A stretch of 64,000 nt of DNA. Origin: Acidobacteriota bacterium (lineage in GTDB: Bacteria > Acidobacteriota > CAIWXX01). The translations under genes were made by a program, and so were the position numbers. Positions 1 to 9,258 of the stretch are shown here, one piece after another (positions within the stretch are counted from its first letter, which is position 1; every line of letters starts with the position of its first letter). Below the pieces are notes generated by a model, which was not told where the DNA came from, did not search any database, and worked only from the letters and a program-made list of their open reading frames with translations. The stretch lies in assembly GCA_040755995.1 (NCBI GenBank), contig JBFMAF010000055.1, positions 64,001 to 128,000 of the forward strand, given 5' to 3'.

Positions 1-958
1 TGTATGTCGTTCCGCCGATGATGAGTTTCTGCGCCGGAGCCGCCGGGGCGGGACGTGGAGCCGGTGGAGCAACAACGGGTGCAGCCGGCGCGGCAGGTGC
101 CGCCGGGGCCGCAGGCGGAGCTGCCGGGGCCGCCGGCTCCTTTCCGGGAAGGTAGACCATCCTCAGGGTAGCAATGCTGACAGGCGTTCCATCCGGCCCG
201 ACCTCGTACTTCAACATCTCGTACTGAGCCGCAACCTCCCCTGCATCGCCAACGCCGCTCCCAGCCAGAGTGTCAATCACGTGCGGGTCCGCGTCGGTGT
301 CCGTGCCGCCGCCGAACCGATGCTGCCCTTCGTACTCGTTCACCTTGCGGGTCAGAAGGTCCGCGGCATCCGGGAACCCTTCGTTCGACTGCATCAGCAC
401 CTGGTAGCCCCACGTGGCCGGGTCGCCGCCTCCCAACGCCTCCAGATCAACCACACCGGAGATCGTCCTTCCAGACCCCTTGGTCGCGGTCGGGACCAGG
501 ATGTCGTCCCTCATCGCCGGCGCCTTCGTGTCGGCCTCTGACTTGACGCGTGAGAACTTCTGCGGCGAGAGGATCACGCACTTGTCCCATCCATGCCCGG
601 GGGCGAACACCACGTTCAAGCCGGGAAGTCCCTGGGTCCACTTGCCGGGCTGCATTGGATCGGTCTTGATGAAGATGAACGCCATCTGGACGGCGAAGCC
701 GGAGCCCATTCCCCAGGGATCCTCCAGGGCCGAATTCACGCTGAGTTCGAAGTTCACCTTGCCGCCTTGCGCAGACACCCGGAGTCCGGTCAGGTCGAAT
801 GAGCCCGTCTTGTAAACGCCGTCAGTCGGATAGATGTAGCCCCCGGGACCGTTGTCGTCCCCCGTGGGGTCCTTGAATGAGACCTCTTGCGCCATGACAG
901 CGCCTGCGAAGAGCATCGCGGTCACGGCCCACATACCGGTGAGCCAACGCTTGGTCAC
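1..958 (-). CDS. Secreted protein with glucodextranase C-terminal DOMON-like domain plus Pro/Ala linker (partial, runs off window start)
   Basis: Hand translation from GTG at 958 (RBS AGGAGG upstream) gives MTKRWLTGMWAVTAMLFAGAVMAQEVSFKDPTGDDNGPGGYIYPTD..GSFDL, i.e. a signal peptide followed by the DPxGDDxGPGxYxYP motif. A PA-rich linker is encoded at ~35-135. Lies at the downstream end of the visible maltodextrin operon. Confidence 0.8.
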   Translation of the reverse strand, partial: MTKRWLTGMWAVTAMLFAGAVMAQEVSFKDPTGDDNGPGGYIYPTDGVYKTGSFDLTGLRVSAQGGKVNFELSVNSALEDPWGMGSGFAVQMAFIFIKTDPMQPGKWTQGLPGLNVVFAPGHGWDKCVILSPQKFSRVKSEADTKAPAMRDDILVPTATKGSGRTISGVVDLEALGGGDPATWGYQVLMQSNEGFPDAADLLTRKVNEYEGQHRFGGGTDTDADPHVIDTLAGSGVGDAGEVAAQYEMLKYEVGPDGTPVSIATLRMVYLPGKEPAAPAAPPAAPAAPAAPAAPVVAPPAPRPAPAAPAQKLIIGGTTY

Positions 959-990
959 GCAAATCCTCCTTTTGTTTGTAAGTTATTAGA

Positions 991-1872
991 CTATCCCTTG
1001 ACACCTCCGGCCGTCAGGCCGGCAACCAGGTACTTCTGCAGGAACAGGAACAGGATCACCACCGGGATCGAGACAATGATCGAGCCTGCGGCGAAGTAGC
1101 CCCAATGCTCCGAGAAACCGCTGACGAAAAACCGCAGGCCGACCGGCGCCGTGTACATCAGCTCCTTGTCCATCAACGTGGCGGCCAGAATGAACTCGTT
1201 CCACCCGGTCATGAACGAGAACAGCGCCGTGATCGCCACGGCCGGCTTGGCCAGCGGCAGGACGATGCGCCAGAACACTACACCCGGCGACGCGCCGTCG
1301 ATCACGGCCGCCTCTTCCAGGTCTTTCGGAATCGTGTCGAAGTAGCCCTTCATCATCCAGACGCAGAACGGAATGGATGTGGTGGCGTAGACCAGCACGA
1401 GCCCCATTCTGGAGGACCCAAGTCCCAGCCACTTGACCAGGATGATGTAGAGTGGAACCAGCATCAGTGTTCCCGGGAACATCTGCGACACCAGGAACGA
1501 CATCATCCCCGCGCGCCGGCCGGGAAACCGGAAACGCGAGTAGGCGTAGGCGGCGGTGCAGGCGAGGAACACGCCCAAGACCGTTGTGGCGGCGGCCACA
1601 AGCGCACTGTTGAGCATCCATCGGGCGAACGGCTGATCCGTCATGACCGACTTGAAGCTGGCCAGCGACCAGACCTTCGGCCATGGCGTAATCGCGCGGA
1701 GGCGGTCGAAGAAGGTCGGGTCTGGAGGGACGTTTGCGATTATCAGGTTCTGGTTCCCGGAGAACGCGATCGTCACGACCCAAAAGACCGGGTAGAGCGT
1801 TAGCAGGGTGACGACGATGAGAATGAGATGCAGCGGCCAGTGAGACGGTTCGTCGATTCCTCTGGTTCTCAT
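991..1872 (-). CDS. malG: Maltose/maltodextrin ABC transporter permease (MalG-like)
   Basis: EAA loop (DLEEAAVIDGAS), SQMFP motif and C-terminal GLTAGGVKG. ATG at 1872 overlaps the upstream stop codon. Confidence 0.88.
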   Translation of the reverse strand: MRTRGIDEPSHWPLHLILIVVTLLTLYPVFWVVTIAFSGNQNLIIANVPPDPTFFDRLRAITPWPKVWSLASFKSVMTDQPFARWMLNSALVAAATTVLGVFLACTAAYAYSRFRFPGRRAGMMSFLVSQMFPGTLMLVPLYIILVKWLGLGSSRMGLVLVYATTSIPFCVWMMKGYFDTIPKDLEEAAVIDGASPGVVFWRIVLPLAKPAVAITALFSFMTGWNEFILAATLMDKELMYTAPVGLRFFVSGFSEHWGYFAAGSIIVSIPVVILFLFLQKYLVAGLTAGGVKG

Positions 1873-3818
1873 CAGATGCCCTCCGTTGCCCGCGTCACCC
1901 GGTTCTGGATGGTCCCGTAGATCAGCAGGATGCCGAAGATCACGGTCGAGTACGCCGCGGCATATCCGTAGCGGTACTTCTCGAAGGCGAACTTGTAGGC
2001 CTGTGTGATCAGGATCTCGGTGGACCCTCCGGGCTGGCCTCCGTGCACGAGGTACGGGATATTGAACATGTTGAACGTCCACACAACCGACAGGATGATG
2101 GCGGGGATCAGCGCCGGCCTCAGCGAAGGGAGCGTGATCGCAAGGAACTGCTGCCAGCGTGTAGCTCCGTCAACACGCGCCGCTTCGTAGAGCTCCCCGG
2201 GGATCGACTGCAGTGCGCCGAGCGACACCACCATCATGAACGGGAAGCTCAACCATCCGTTGGTGGCGAGCGCCGTCAGGAACGAGGTCGTCGGGCTCTC
2301 AAACCAAGACACCGGATGCCCGCCGAACATCTGGATGAGCTGGTTGACGACACCGAACTGCTGGTGGAACATCCCCTTCCAGATCAGCGCGGTGATGTAG
2401 TTCGGCATCGCCCAAGGGAAGATCAGAAGCACCCGGTATACGGGGCGCAGCATCAGCCCCTTCGTGTTGAGGATCAGCGCGAGTATCAACCCCAGTGAGA
2501 CACCGATCGTCAGGTTTGACACCGTCCACGCCACGGTGACGAAGAAGGTCCAGTAGAAGTTCTCGTAGTTGAAAACCCATCCGCCTTCGGCCGTGGGCTT
2601 GGCAATCGAGAAGTCGCCCAGGATGTCAACGTAGTTCTTGAGACCGACCCAGATCTCGGTGAGCGGCTTATTGGTGGTATAGATGTCGTACGTAGTGAAA
2701 GACAGTGTGATGCCGTAGATGAAGGGGAAGAAAACCAGTACGATCATCCCCAGCATTGCCGGCAAAGTGTAGTAGTACGCTTGCCGGTAGGTCACGACAC
2801 TCCTGCCGAATGCGGATGCGACGCCGAAGCCGAAGAAGGCGAGGATTCCCAGGGCCAGGACGCCGATCAGAGCGACGGCCTTCTTGATCCGCACCGCCGC
2901 GCCCGCAAGCTCGACGGCAAGCTTGCTCTCGTCAATCCGGCCGTCGCCTGAGATGAGACCGCGCGGCCGGCGGTACGTGTCGGCGTCCCAGGAGCCTGGC
3001 GCGAGTGTGGTGCCCGGCAGCAGACTCCCAAGCAGCTCCCCGCCCCGTGCGGCGTCCGCCTTGATCTGCGAGGCCACGTCCGACTCGATCATGCGGCGTT
3101 CGGAGGCCAGCGACCGTATCGAATGCCAGCCGTATGCAGCCAGCGACAAGACCACGAGGACCGCGGCGAGGATCGCCAACGCATTGCGACGCTCGCCCAC
3201 CGTCCGCGCCGCCATCAAGAACACCAGGATGGGCACCACGAGGAGTCCGATCGCAGCTGCCGGGTTCGGCCGCGGCGCAAGCTGAGAAGGCGGTGCCGTC
3301 TCGATCTCGACCAGCCCAGTCACGTTCCCGTCTGTCTCCAGCGGAGCTGCGATGGACAGACCGCCGGACGGCAGCGCTGCGATCTCGATTTCATCCTTCC
3401 TCGCACCGCCCTCTTCCCGGTTGGTCTCGATTGCGGCGCGCAGTCTCTGGCCGCGGTCGTAGATCGGCTTCTCATCCCGCGAGAGGCGCCGTGGAGCGGC
3501 CTTGTCCCCTGCGTCGGCCGGCGATGTTGATGCCTCCAGAGAGAGGCCCATGAAGAGAACCACGCGGATCGTCGACAGCGACGGATTCGCTTTCTGCCAC
3601 TCCGCGACCGCCCGCCGAGCTCCATCGCCGGCCCCGCCGAGCTTGCTGACGATCTCGGTCAGTGCGCAAGTCGAGACCACAGCACGCCGCTCCTCACGTA
3701 TCCGCCATTGCTGCGCAAGGGCGTCCCGGAGCAAGTAGGTGCAGATCCCCACGCCAACCAGCAGCGCCAGAGCAATCCCGGCGCCGAATCGCAACCGATG
3801 CGATGTCACCTCGTTCAT
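1872..3818 (-). CDS. malF: Sugar ABC transporter permease (MalF-like) with large N-terminal membrane/extracytoplasmic extension
   Basis: C-terminal ~300 aa contain VGLKNY, PWAMP and ELYEAARVDGA motifs; ~340 aa extra N-terminal region with TM segments. Confidence 0.82.
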   Translation of the reverse strand: MNEVTSHRLRFGAGIALALLVGVGICTYLLRDALAQQWRIREERRAVVSTCALTEIVSKLGGAGDGARRAVAEWQKANPSLSTIRVVLFMGLSLEASTSPADAGDKAAPRRLSRDEKPIYDRGQRLRAAIETNREEGGARKDEIEIAALPSGGLSIAAPLETDGNVTGLVEIETAPPSQLAPRPNPAAAIGLLVVPILVFLMAARTVGERRNALAILAAVLVVLSLAAYGWHSIRSLASERRMIESDVASQIKADAARGGELLGSLLPGTTLAPGSWDADTYRRPRGLISGDGRIDESKLAVELAGAAVRIKKAVALIGVLALGILAFFGFGVASAFGRSVVTYRQAYYYTLPAMLGMIVLVFFPFIYGITLSFTTYDIYTTNKPLTEIWVGLKNYVDILGDFSIAKPTAEGGWVFNYENFYWTFFVTVAWTVSNLTIGVSLGLILALILNTKGLMLRPVYRVLLIFPWAMPNYITALIWKGMFHQQFGVVNQLIQMFGGHPVSWFESPTTSFLTALATNGWLSFPFMMVVSLGALQSIPGELYEAARVDGATRWQQFLAITLPSLRPALIPAIILSVVWTFNMFNIPYLVHGGQPGGSTEILITQAYKFAFEKYRYGYAAAYSTVIFGILLIYGTIQNRVTRATEGI

Positions 3819-3887
3819 GATGGCCCCCTCATTGACATGCTCGCCCGGGGCGAATCCGCCTCAACCGAAGGGAGGCAGGCGTGCGGG

Positions 3888-3916
3888 TCACCGCGTCTCC
3901 GCGTCGTCTCACCGCC
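3888..3916. repeat. Degenerate octamer tandem array (TCACCGCG TCTCCGCG ... TCACCGCC)
   Basis: Read directly in the malE-malF spacer; same unit as five other loci. Confidence 0.6.
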
Positions 3917-3963
3917 ACCCTCAGGCTTTCTGTCGCAACGGTCCGCCTTGAGCCGCAGGCCTG

Positions 3964-5178
3964 CTACTTCTTCCGGAGCTCCGCGACGGCCTTCACTACC
4001 TTGGCCTGGGCCTCATCCATCGCCGCCTTCGGTGTCGCCGACTTGTGTGTGATCATGTTCATGGCCGTTGTGGCGGGCGACCAGACCATCGTCATCTCGG
4101 GCACATTGGGCATCGGAATCGCCACCTCGACCTGCTTCCGGAACGCGCTCAGTATCGGATCCCCGGCTACCTTCGGGTCCTTGTACACGTCCTTGTTCGA
4201 AGGCGTCTGCCGCCCCTCGACGGCCATGATCCTGGCCGAGTCCGTGCTGGTGAGATAGGTGACAAAGTCGTAAGCGGCGTCCTTGTTCTTGGACGGTCCG
4301 GCGACATACGCGCCTTCGACAGTCATCCAGGGACGCATGGGCTTCCCGCCCGCCTCGTCGATCGTCGGCAGAGGCGCCAGCCCATAACTCACGGTCTTCG
4401 CAATCTCGCCGAGGAACCACGGCCCGGAGAAAGTGATGGCTGCCTTCTCCTCGTTGAAGAGCGACGTGATCAAAGCCGTGGACGGCTCCATCGGCAGAAT
4501 CTTGTCCACGTCGAACCACTTCACCAGAAACTCCAGGGATTTCACGTTCTCGGGAGCGTTCAGAACCGGCTTCGGGCCCGGATCGAAGACGCGACCGCCG
4601 AAGCCGTTCATGAGGATCGCGTGGTAGTAGAAGTCCGCATGCCAATACGCGAGCCCGAACTTGCCTACCTTCGGATCGCTCAGCTTCTTCGCCAACGCGA
4701 CCAGCTCACCGGTGGTCTTCGGAGGCACCTGGACGAGCTTCTTGTTGTAGATCATCGTGATGACCTTGTAGTTCAGCGGGAGCCCATATACCGTACCCCG
4801 GTACGTCATCGCCTCCATCGTCGTCGGGATGAAGCGGTCCGTGGTTGCCTTGTCCAGGTAGAAGTCGATCGGCTCGACCGTATTGCCCGCCTCGATCCAA
4901 CCGCCCAAACGATCCTGGGCAAAAATGAAAATGTCCGGGCCCTTGCCTCGAGGCACCGCCGCGGAGATCTTGTCGGCGAAGGCATCATATGGCACTGCCA
5001 GCGTCGTGACCTTGATCCCGGCGGAAGCCTTTGCGGCGTTGTAGTTGGCGACCACCTTCTCGAATGCCGCCTTCTCCTCGGCGCGGTACGCGTGCCATAC
5101 CACGAGTTCAGCCGCGAATGCGGAGCAGGCGAAAAGGATGAACACGAAGCACGTCAGGATTCGCATGTAAGATTTCAT
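3964..5178 (-). CDS. malE: Maltose/cyclodextrin ABC substrate-binding protein (MalE-like)
   Basis: Signal peptide MKSYMRILTCFVFILFACSAFA, LVVWH, GPDIFIFAQDRLG, GPW and MPNVPEMTMVW motifs; RBS GGGAGG before ATG 5178. Confidence 0.88.
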   Translation of the reverse strand: MKSYMRILTCFVFILFACSAFAAELVVWHAYRAEEKAAFEKVVANYNAAKASAGIKVTTLAVPYDAFADKISAAVPRGKGPDIFIFAQDRLGGWIEAGNTVEPIDFYLDKATTDRFIPTTMEAMTYRGTVYGLPLNYKVITMIYNKKLVQVPPKTTGELVALAKKLSDPKVGKFGLAYWHADFYYHAILMNGFGGRVFDPGPKPVLNAPENVKSLEFLVKWFDVDKILPMEPSTALITSLFNEEKAAITFSGPWFLGEIAKTVSYGLAPLPTIDEAGGKPMRPWMTVEGAYVAGPSKNKDAAYDFVTYLTSTDSARIMAVEGRQTPSNKDVYKDPKVAGDPILSAFRKQVEVAIPMPNVPEMTMVWSPATTAMNMITHKSATPKAAMDEAQAKVVKAVAELRKK

Positions 5179-5206
5179 CGGACATCCTCCCTTGTCTGTG
5201 ATGGTT

Positions 5207-6301
5207 TCACGCAGCCAGGCGCGTCTCGGTCTTGGCATCGAAGAGGTGCAGTGCATCGAGCTCCAGCACCAGTTCGACCTTGCTCCCCACCTCCGGCGCA
5301 CGGTGTGGATCGAGCTTCGCCACGAACAGGTCGTCGCCGGCGCGCCCGTGTACGACCACTTCGTGGCCGAGCGGCTCAACGATCTCGATATCCACCGTCA
5401 GGCCCGCTGTCTCTCCACGCGGCTCCTTCGACGGATCGATGATGTTCTCGGGCCTCAGCCCGGCCACCACCCGCACGCCGTCCTTTCCCGATGTGATCGG
5501 GCGCAGTGACTGTGGCACCGGAATGCCGAACTTCGAGGCCGAGAGCCTGCTGCCGCCGTCCGTGAGCGTGGCATTCACGAAATTCATCGGCGGCGTGCCG
5601 ATGAAGTTGGCCACGAAGAGATTGGCCGGACGCTCGTACACATCCAGTGGTGTGCCGACCTGCTGGAGCTTGCCGTCTTTCATCACGGCGATGCGGTGCC
5701 CCATCGTCATCGCCTCCACCTGGTCGTGAGTCACGTAGATGGACGTGGTGTTGAGGCGCCGCTGGAGCTTGGAGATCTCGGCGCGCATCTGAACTCGGAG
5801 CTTCGCGTCGAGATTCGATAGCGGCTCGTCGAAGAGAAACACCGCGGGCTGCCGGACGATGGCTCGACCCAGGGCCACCCGCTGCCGCTGGCCGCCCGAG
5901 AGCTGCTTCGGCTTGCGATCGAGCAATTGCCCAATGCCCAGGATCTGGGCGGCATCACCTACCAGCTTGTCAATATCGCCCTGCGGCGTCTTGCGTAGCC
6001 TCAACCCGAACTCCAGGTTCTGCCGGACAGACATGTGCGGATACAGGGCGTAGTTCTGAAAGACCATGGCGATGTCGCGGTCCTTCGGAGGCAGCTTGTT
6101 CACGACGCGCTCTCCGATCAAAACCTCACCCGCCGAGATCTCCTCCAGCCCGGCCACCATCCGCAATGCGGTGGACTTGCCGCAGCCCGATGGTCCCACG
6201 AGCACCATGAACTCGTGGTCCCTGACTTCAAGGTTGAGGTTCTCAATGACCGACACATCGCCAAACCGCTTGCAGACATCGTTCATCAGTACTTGTGCCA
6301 T
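5207..6301 (-). CDS. malK: Sugar ABC transporter ATP-binding protein (MalK/UgpC family)
   Basis: Walker A GPSGCGKS, LSGGQRQR signature, DEPLSNLDA, YVTHDQ, TOBE-like C-terminus. Confidence 0.95.
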   Translation of the reverse strand: MAQVLMNDVCKRFGDVSVIENLNLEVRDHEFMVLVGPSGCGKSTALRMVAGLEEISAGEVLIGERVVNKLPPKDRDIAMVFQNYALYPHMSVRQNLEFGLRLRKTPQGDIDKLVGDAAQILGIGQLLDRKPKQLSGGQRQRVALGRAIVRQPAVFLFDEPLSNLDAKLRVQMRAEISKLQRRLNTTSIYVTHDQVEAMTMGHRIAVMKDGKLQQVGTPLDVYERPANLFVANFIGTPPMNFVNATLTDGGSRLSASKFGIPVPQSLRPITSGKDGVRVVAGLRPENIIDPSKEPRGETAGLTVDIEIVEPLGHEVVVHGRAGDDLFVAKLDPHRAPEVGSKVELVLELDALHLFDAKTETRLAA

Positions 6302-6369
6302 CTCATTCTCCCATGCTGATACCCAGCAGTCCTAAGCGCCGTGGGCTGTCCTTGTACACAAATATCCCT

Positions 6370-7914
6370 TCACTTGACGGCCAGAATCCGAGCCGACTTT
6401 GGTTGCAGGGGGATCTCCATAGCCCCTGCAGCTATCGCAACGGCTTCACCGTTCAAGATATCCTTCACGGCGGTAGCCTGTGCCCACTCCTCGGGCACGG
6501 CGAACTTCACGGTCACAGGATCGGTTCCTCGATTCAGTGCCACCACAACGACGTCCTGCGAGGCAGCGTCTCGCCGGATGAAGACGTAAGCGTTCGGCTC
6601 AGCTGTCACCACACCCGCGTGCAAGCCGCGAGACAGCGCTGGATGCGCGCGCCGGGTGGCAATGAGCTTTTGGTAGCAGGCGCGCAGCGCCTCGTCTCTG
6701 GCCTCGGCCGAGCCCGGCTTCACGGGGCGATTCCCCCACGGCATGTCGCTCCGGTTCTCAGGCCATTCCCCACCCTTGCGCCCGACCTCCTCGCCGTAGT
6801 ACACGACCGGGATTCCCACTGACGTGAGCTCCAGCACAGCCGCCAATCGGAAGAGGTCCTTGTCGCCGTTCAACTGAGCGAGGGCCCCAGTCACATCATG
6901 GGACGAAAGAAACTGGGATAGATGGTATCCTGCGCGAGTCTTCTCTCGGGACTTGAGGTAGCGGTCGAAGGCGACGACGCGCCCGCGCCCGAGCAGGAAG
7001 CTGACGACATTCCCCTGGAAAGAGAAATCGAAGCCCGCGTCCATCTCGTCGCCGGCAAACCAGGGGTCCAGGACCTGCGGATCGCCGCCCCAGACCTCTC
7101 CCAGCAGGAAGAAGCCGTCGCCCAGAGCGTCTCGCGTGCGTTGTCGATGGAGGTTCCAGAATTCGTGCGGGACGTGTTTGACCGTGTCGAGGCGGAAGCC
7201 GTCGAGGCCCACGCGTTTCGCGAGACCGATGTGGGCGGACAGCAGATACTCGTCGACCTCCGGCAGCTCCGTCTTGAAGTCGGGCAGACCCGCCACGCAC
7301 GACGTAACGTCATCCTGTCCGCACGTCCCGAGATCGTTGGACCTGAACCAACCCTTTGTCTTGGGATCGGTGAGGTATCGGGAGTTGTACCCTGCATGGT
7401 TGTAGACGACATCCAGCAGGACCTTGATGCCCTTCGAATGGCATGCGTCGACGAGGGCCTTGAGATCCTCCTCGGTGCCGAACCTCGGGTCCAGGCGAGT
7501 GAAGTCGTCCGCCCAGTAGCCGTGGTAGGCCCAGTCGGGGAAACCGGCTCCGGTCACGAACCCATCGATGTTCTTGACGACAGGCGTGATCCACAATGCG
7601 TTGATCCCGAGCGCCGCGATATCGTCCAGCTGGCCGCGCAGCCCCTTCAGATCGCCCCCGTGAAACGCGCCCTTGGCCGCGGTGTCGACGGCCGCGTTGT
7701 TGTTCGGGTCCCCATCGGCGAATCGATCCACAATGACGAAGTAGATCACGGCGTCTTCCCAGCTGAGCGCCGGGGCGCCCGTCGCCAGCCTGGAGACGGC
7801 CGCCGTCTTGGGCGCAGCGGCGCCCGGCACCGTGATGAGCGTGACTGTGAGCACGCAGGCAAGGATCGGAAATGCACGAAGGCGGCTGCTTGCGGAAGCT
7901 ACCAGAGTGTTGAT
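6370..7914 (-). CDS. Secreted GH13 alpha-amylase family glycosidase (start uncertain: ATC 7914 or GTG 7854)
   Basis: GH13 regions DVVYNH, GFRLDTVKH, LLGEVW, FLSSHD with the catalytic D/E/D intact; DRFADGD and YHGYW motifs. Confidence 0.92.
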   Translation of the reverse strand: MNTLVASASSRLRAFPILACVLTVTLITVPGAAAPKTAAVSRLATGAPALSWEDAVIYFVIVDRFADGDPNNNAAVDTAAKGAFHGGDLKGLRGQLDDIAALGINALWITPVVKNIDGFVTGAGFPDWAYHGYWADDFTRLDPRFGTEEDLKALVDACHSKGIKVLLDVVYNHAGYNSRYLTDPKTKGWFRSNDLGTCGQDDVTSCVAGLPDFKTELPEVDEYLLSAHIGLAKRVGLDGFRLDTVKHVPHEFWNLHRQRTRDALGDGFFLLGEVWGGDPQVLDPWFAGDEMDAGFDFSFQGNVVSFLLGRGRVVAFDRYLKSREKTRAGYHLSQFLSSHDVTGALAQLNGDKDLFRLAAVLELTSVGIPVVYYGEEVGRKGGEWPENRSDMPWGNRPVKPGSAEARDEALRACYQKLIATRRAHPALSRGLHAGVVTAEPNAYVFIRRDAASQDVVVVALNRGTDPVTVKFAVPEEWAQATAVKDILNGEAVAIAAGAMEIPLQPKSARILAVK

Positions 7915-7975
7915 TTCGACCTCCCGTGAACTCTACGGTCGTTCCGAGTCCCTCGGCCGGACCCCCTTTGCACGA

Positions 7976-8005
7976 TTTATATTGCATTCATTCCCGAGGT
8001 GTCAA
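7976..8005 (-). promoter_or_regulatory. sigma70-type promoter of the maltodextrin operon (TTGACA-N18-TATAAA)
   Basis: Minus-strand TTGACA at 8005-8000 and TATAAA at 7981-7976, upstream of the GH13 gene. Confidence 0.6.
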
Positions 8006-8083
8006 CCGCCGCTGTGACCCGGATTCGGCGGCCATCCTGCGTAGCGACCTTGCTATTGACAGCCCCGCTACTCGTTGTCCTCT

Positions 8084-8133
8084 GGACGTGGACGTGGCCG
8101 CAGGCAGGACATTTTGCACTTTACCCTTTGCGT
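8084..8133. repeat. Short hexamer (GGACGT x2, GGCCGC) and heptamer (TTTGCAC TTTACCC TTTGCGT) arrays
   Basis: Read directly in the intergenic spacer; short and degenerate. Confidence 0.4.
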
Positions 8134-8135
8134 TG

Positions 8136-8768
8136 TCAGTAGTCCGCGTAGAGGCCGCCGGTGTCGCTCATCCAGTCAGCGATACGGTTCGCGGCCGCCT
8201 GAACGTCGTTATCAGACACGTCCAGGTCCACGTGCGGCAGAGTCGACTCCCGGACCAGGCGCCGCATGAGATCCTGCTCGCCGATGAACTGTCTCAGGTC
8301 GTTGTACTGCGACGGATTGCCGGACACGTTCAGCCGCTCTGCGCGCGCGGCCGTGAACGACTCCTCGGTCCGATAGCAAAACACCAGACGGAACCCGACT
8401 CTCGCGAGCCGTTCCTCGAGCCATCGGAAGTCGTAGTCTTTTCCGTGGGCGTGGAGCTGGTGCATACGTGTGGATAGATGGAAGCGATCGACGATCCAGG
8501 AGTAATAGGGCAACAGTTCGAAGAGCCGGATCCACGTGCGGTATGTCTCCATCGCGCGCTCCTCTTCGTGCGGGGCGAAGTTGATCAGCCCGCGGCCCCA
8601 GGGGAAGTTGGTGAATGCGCACCATTCGGCGGAGACGAGCGGAGAGTGGTACCGGTACTTCCGCGGCCCTACGATGCGCGGGTGCTCGTTGAGCGCAAAG
8701 GCGATCTCGGTCTTCAGCGTGAGGCGCGTGCCTTCCAGGATGATCTTCGGACACAGCTTGGCAGACAT
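8136..8768 (-). CDS. Hypothetical protein, possible degenerate NMP/thymidylate-kinase-like P-loop fold
   Basis: IILEGTRLTLKTEIA occupies the P-loop position and IVDRFHLS resembles the DR motif of dTMP kinases; RBS GGAG upstream. Confidence 0.6.
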   Translation of the reverse strand: MSAKLCPKIILEGTRLTLKTEIAFALNEHPRIVGPRKYRYHSPLVSAEWCAFTNFPWGRGLINFAPHEEERAMETYRTWIRLFELLPYYSWIVDRFHLSTRMHQLHAHGKDYDFRWLEERLARVGFRLVFCYRTEESFTAARAERLNVSGNPSQYNDLRQFIGEQDLMRRLVRESTLPHVDLDVSDNDVQAAANRIADWMSDTGGLYADY

Positions 8769-8957
8769 GGCCGGGCTCCAATCCTCAGAGGACCGACTCC
8801 CTCCTGTTCGTATCAGCCTCCAGCCGTCCAGACCGACGGCTCTCTGACTGCCATCATACGCAACGAGCGGCCGGCTGTCACGCGCGCACAGCGCGAGTTG
8901 ATCTCAGGCTTGCGGCTGCACGGCCGATTTGTCACAATGAGCGCAGGAAGCCTGGCC

Positions 8958-9176
8958 ATGAATGCGGTGAACGTACGAGCAGACGCCGCGGCCACTGCGG
9001 AGCAGAAGGTGTTGCTGACCGGCGAAGAGTTGCTCGCGATGGGAGATGTGGGCCGGTGCGAGCTCGTGAGAGGGGAGATTGTGCGCATGTCACCAACCGG
9101 AGAGAGGCACGGAACAGTCGAGAACAACATCGCTATGGCGCTCACCCAATTCGTGCGCCAGCACCGGCTGGGCTGA
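8958..9176 (+). pseudogene. Uma2/DUF820 family endonuclease, N-terminal fragment only
   Basis: LTGEELLAMGDVGRCELVRGEIVRMSPTGERHG is a typical Uma2 N-terminus; the ORF stops after 72 aa, before the PD-(D/E)xK core. Confidence 0.7.
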
Positions 9177-9258
9177 CTGAGGCGGGCACGCCGGGCTCGG
9201 GCGGCAGCCCGCCGGTTCGCGACCAGCTACGGGTCGCCGAATCAGCGCATTGGAATGT

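Noticed and set aside
35..140. 9-nt GC-rich repeats near the window start
   Set aside because: Explained by the encoded Pro/Ala linker (PAA repeats).
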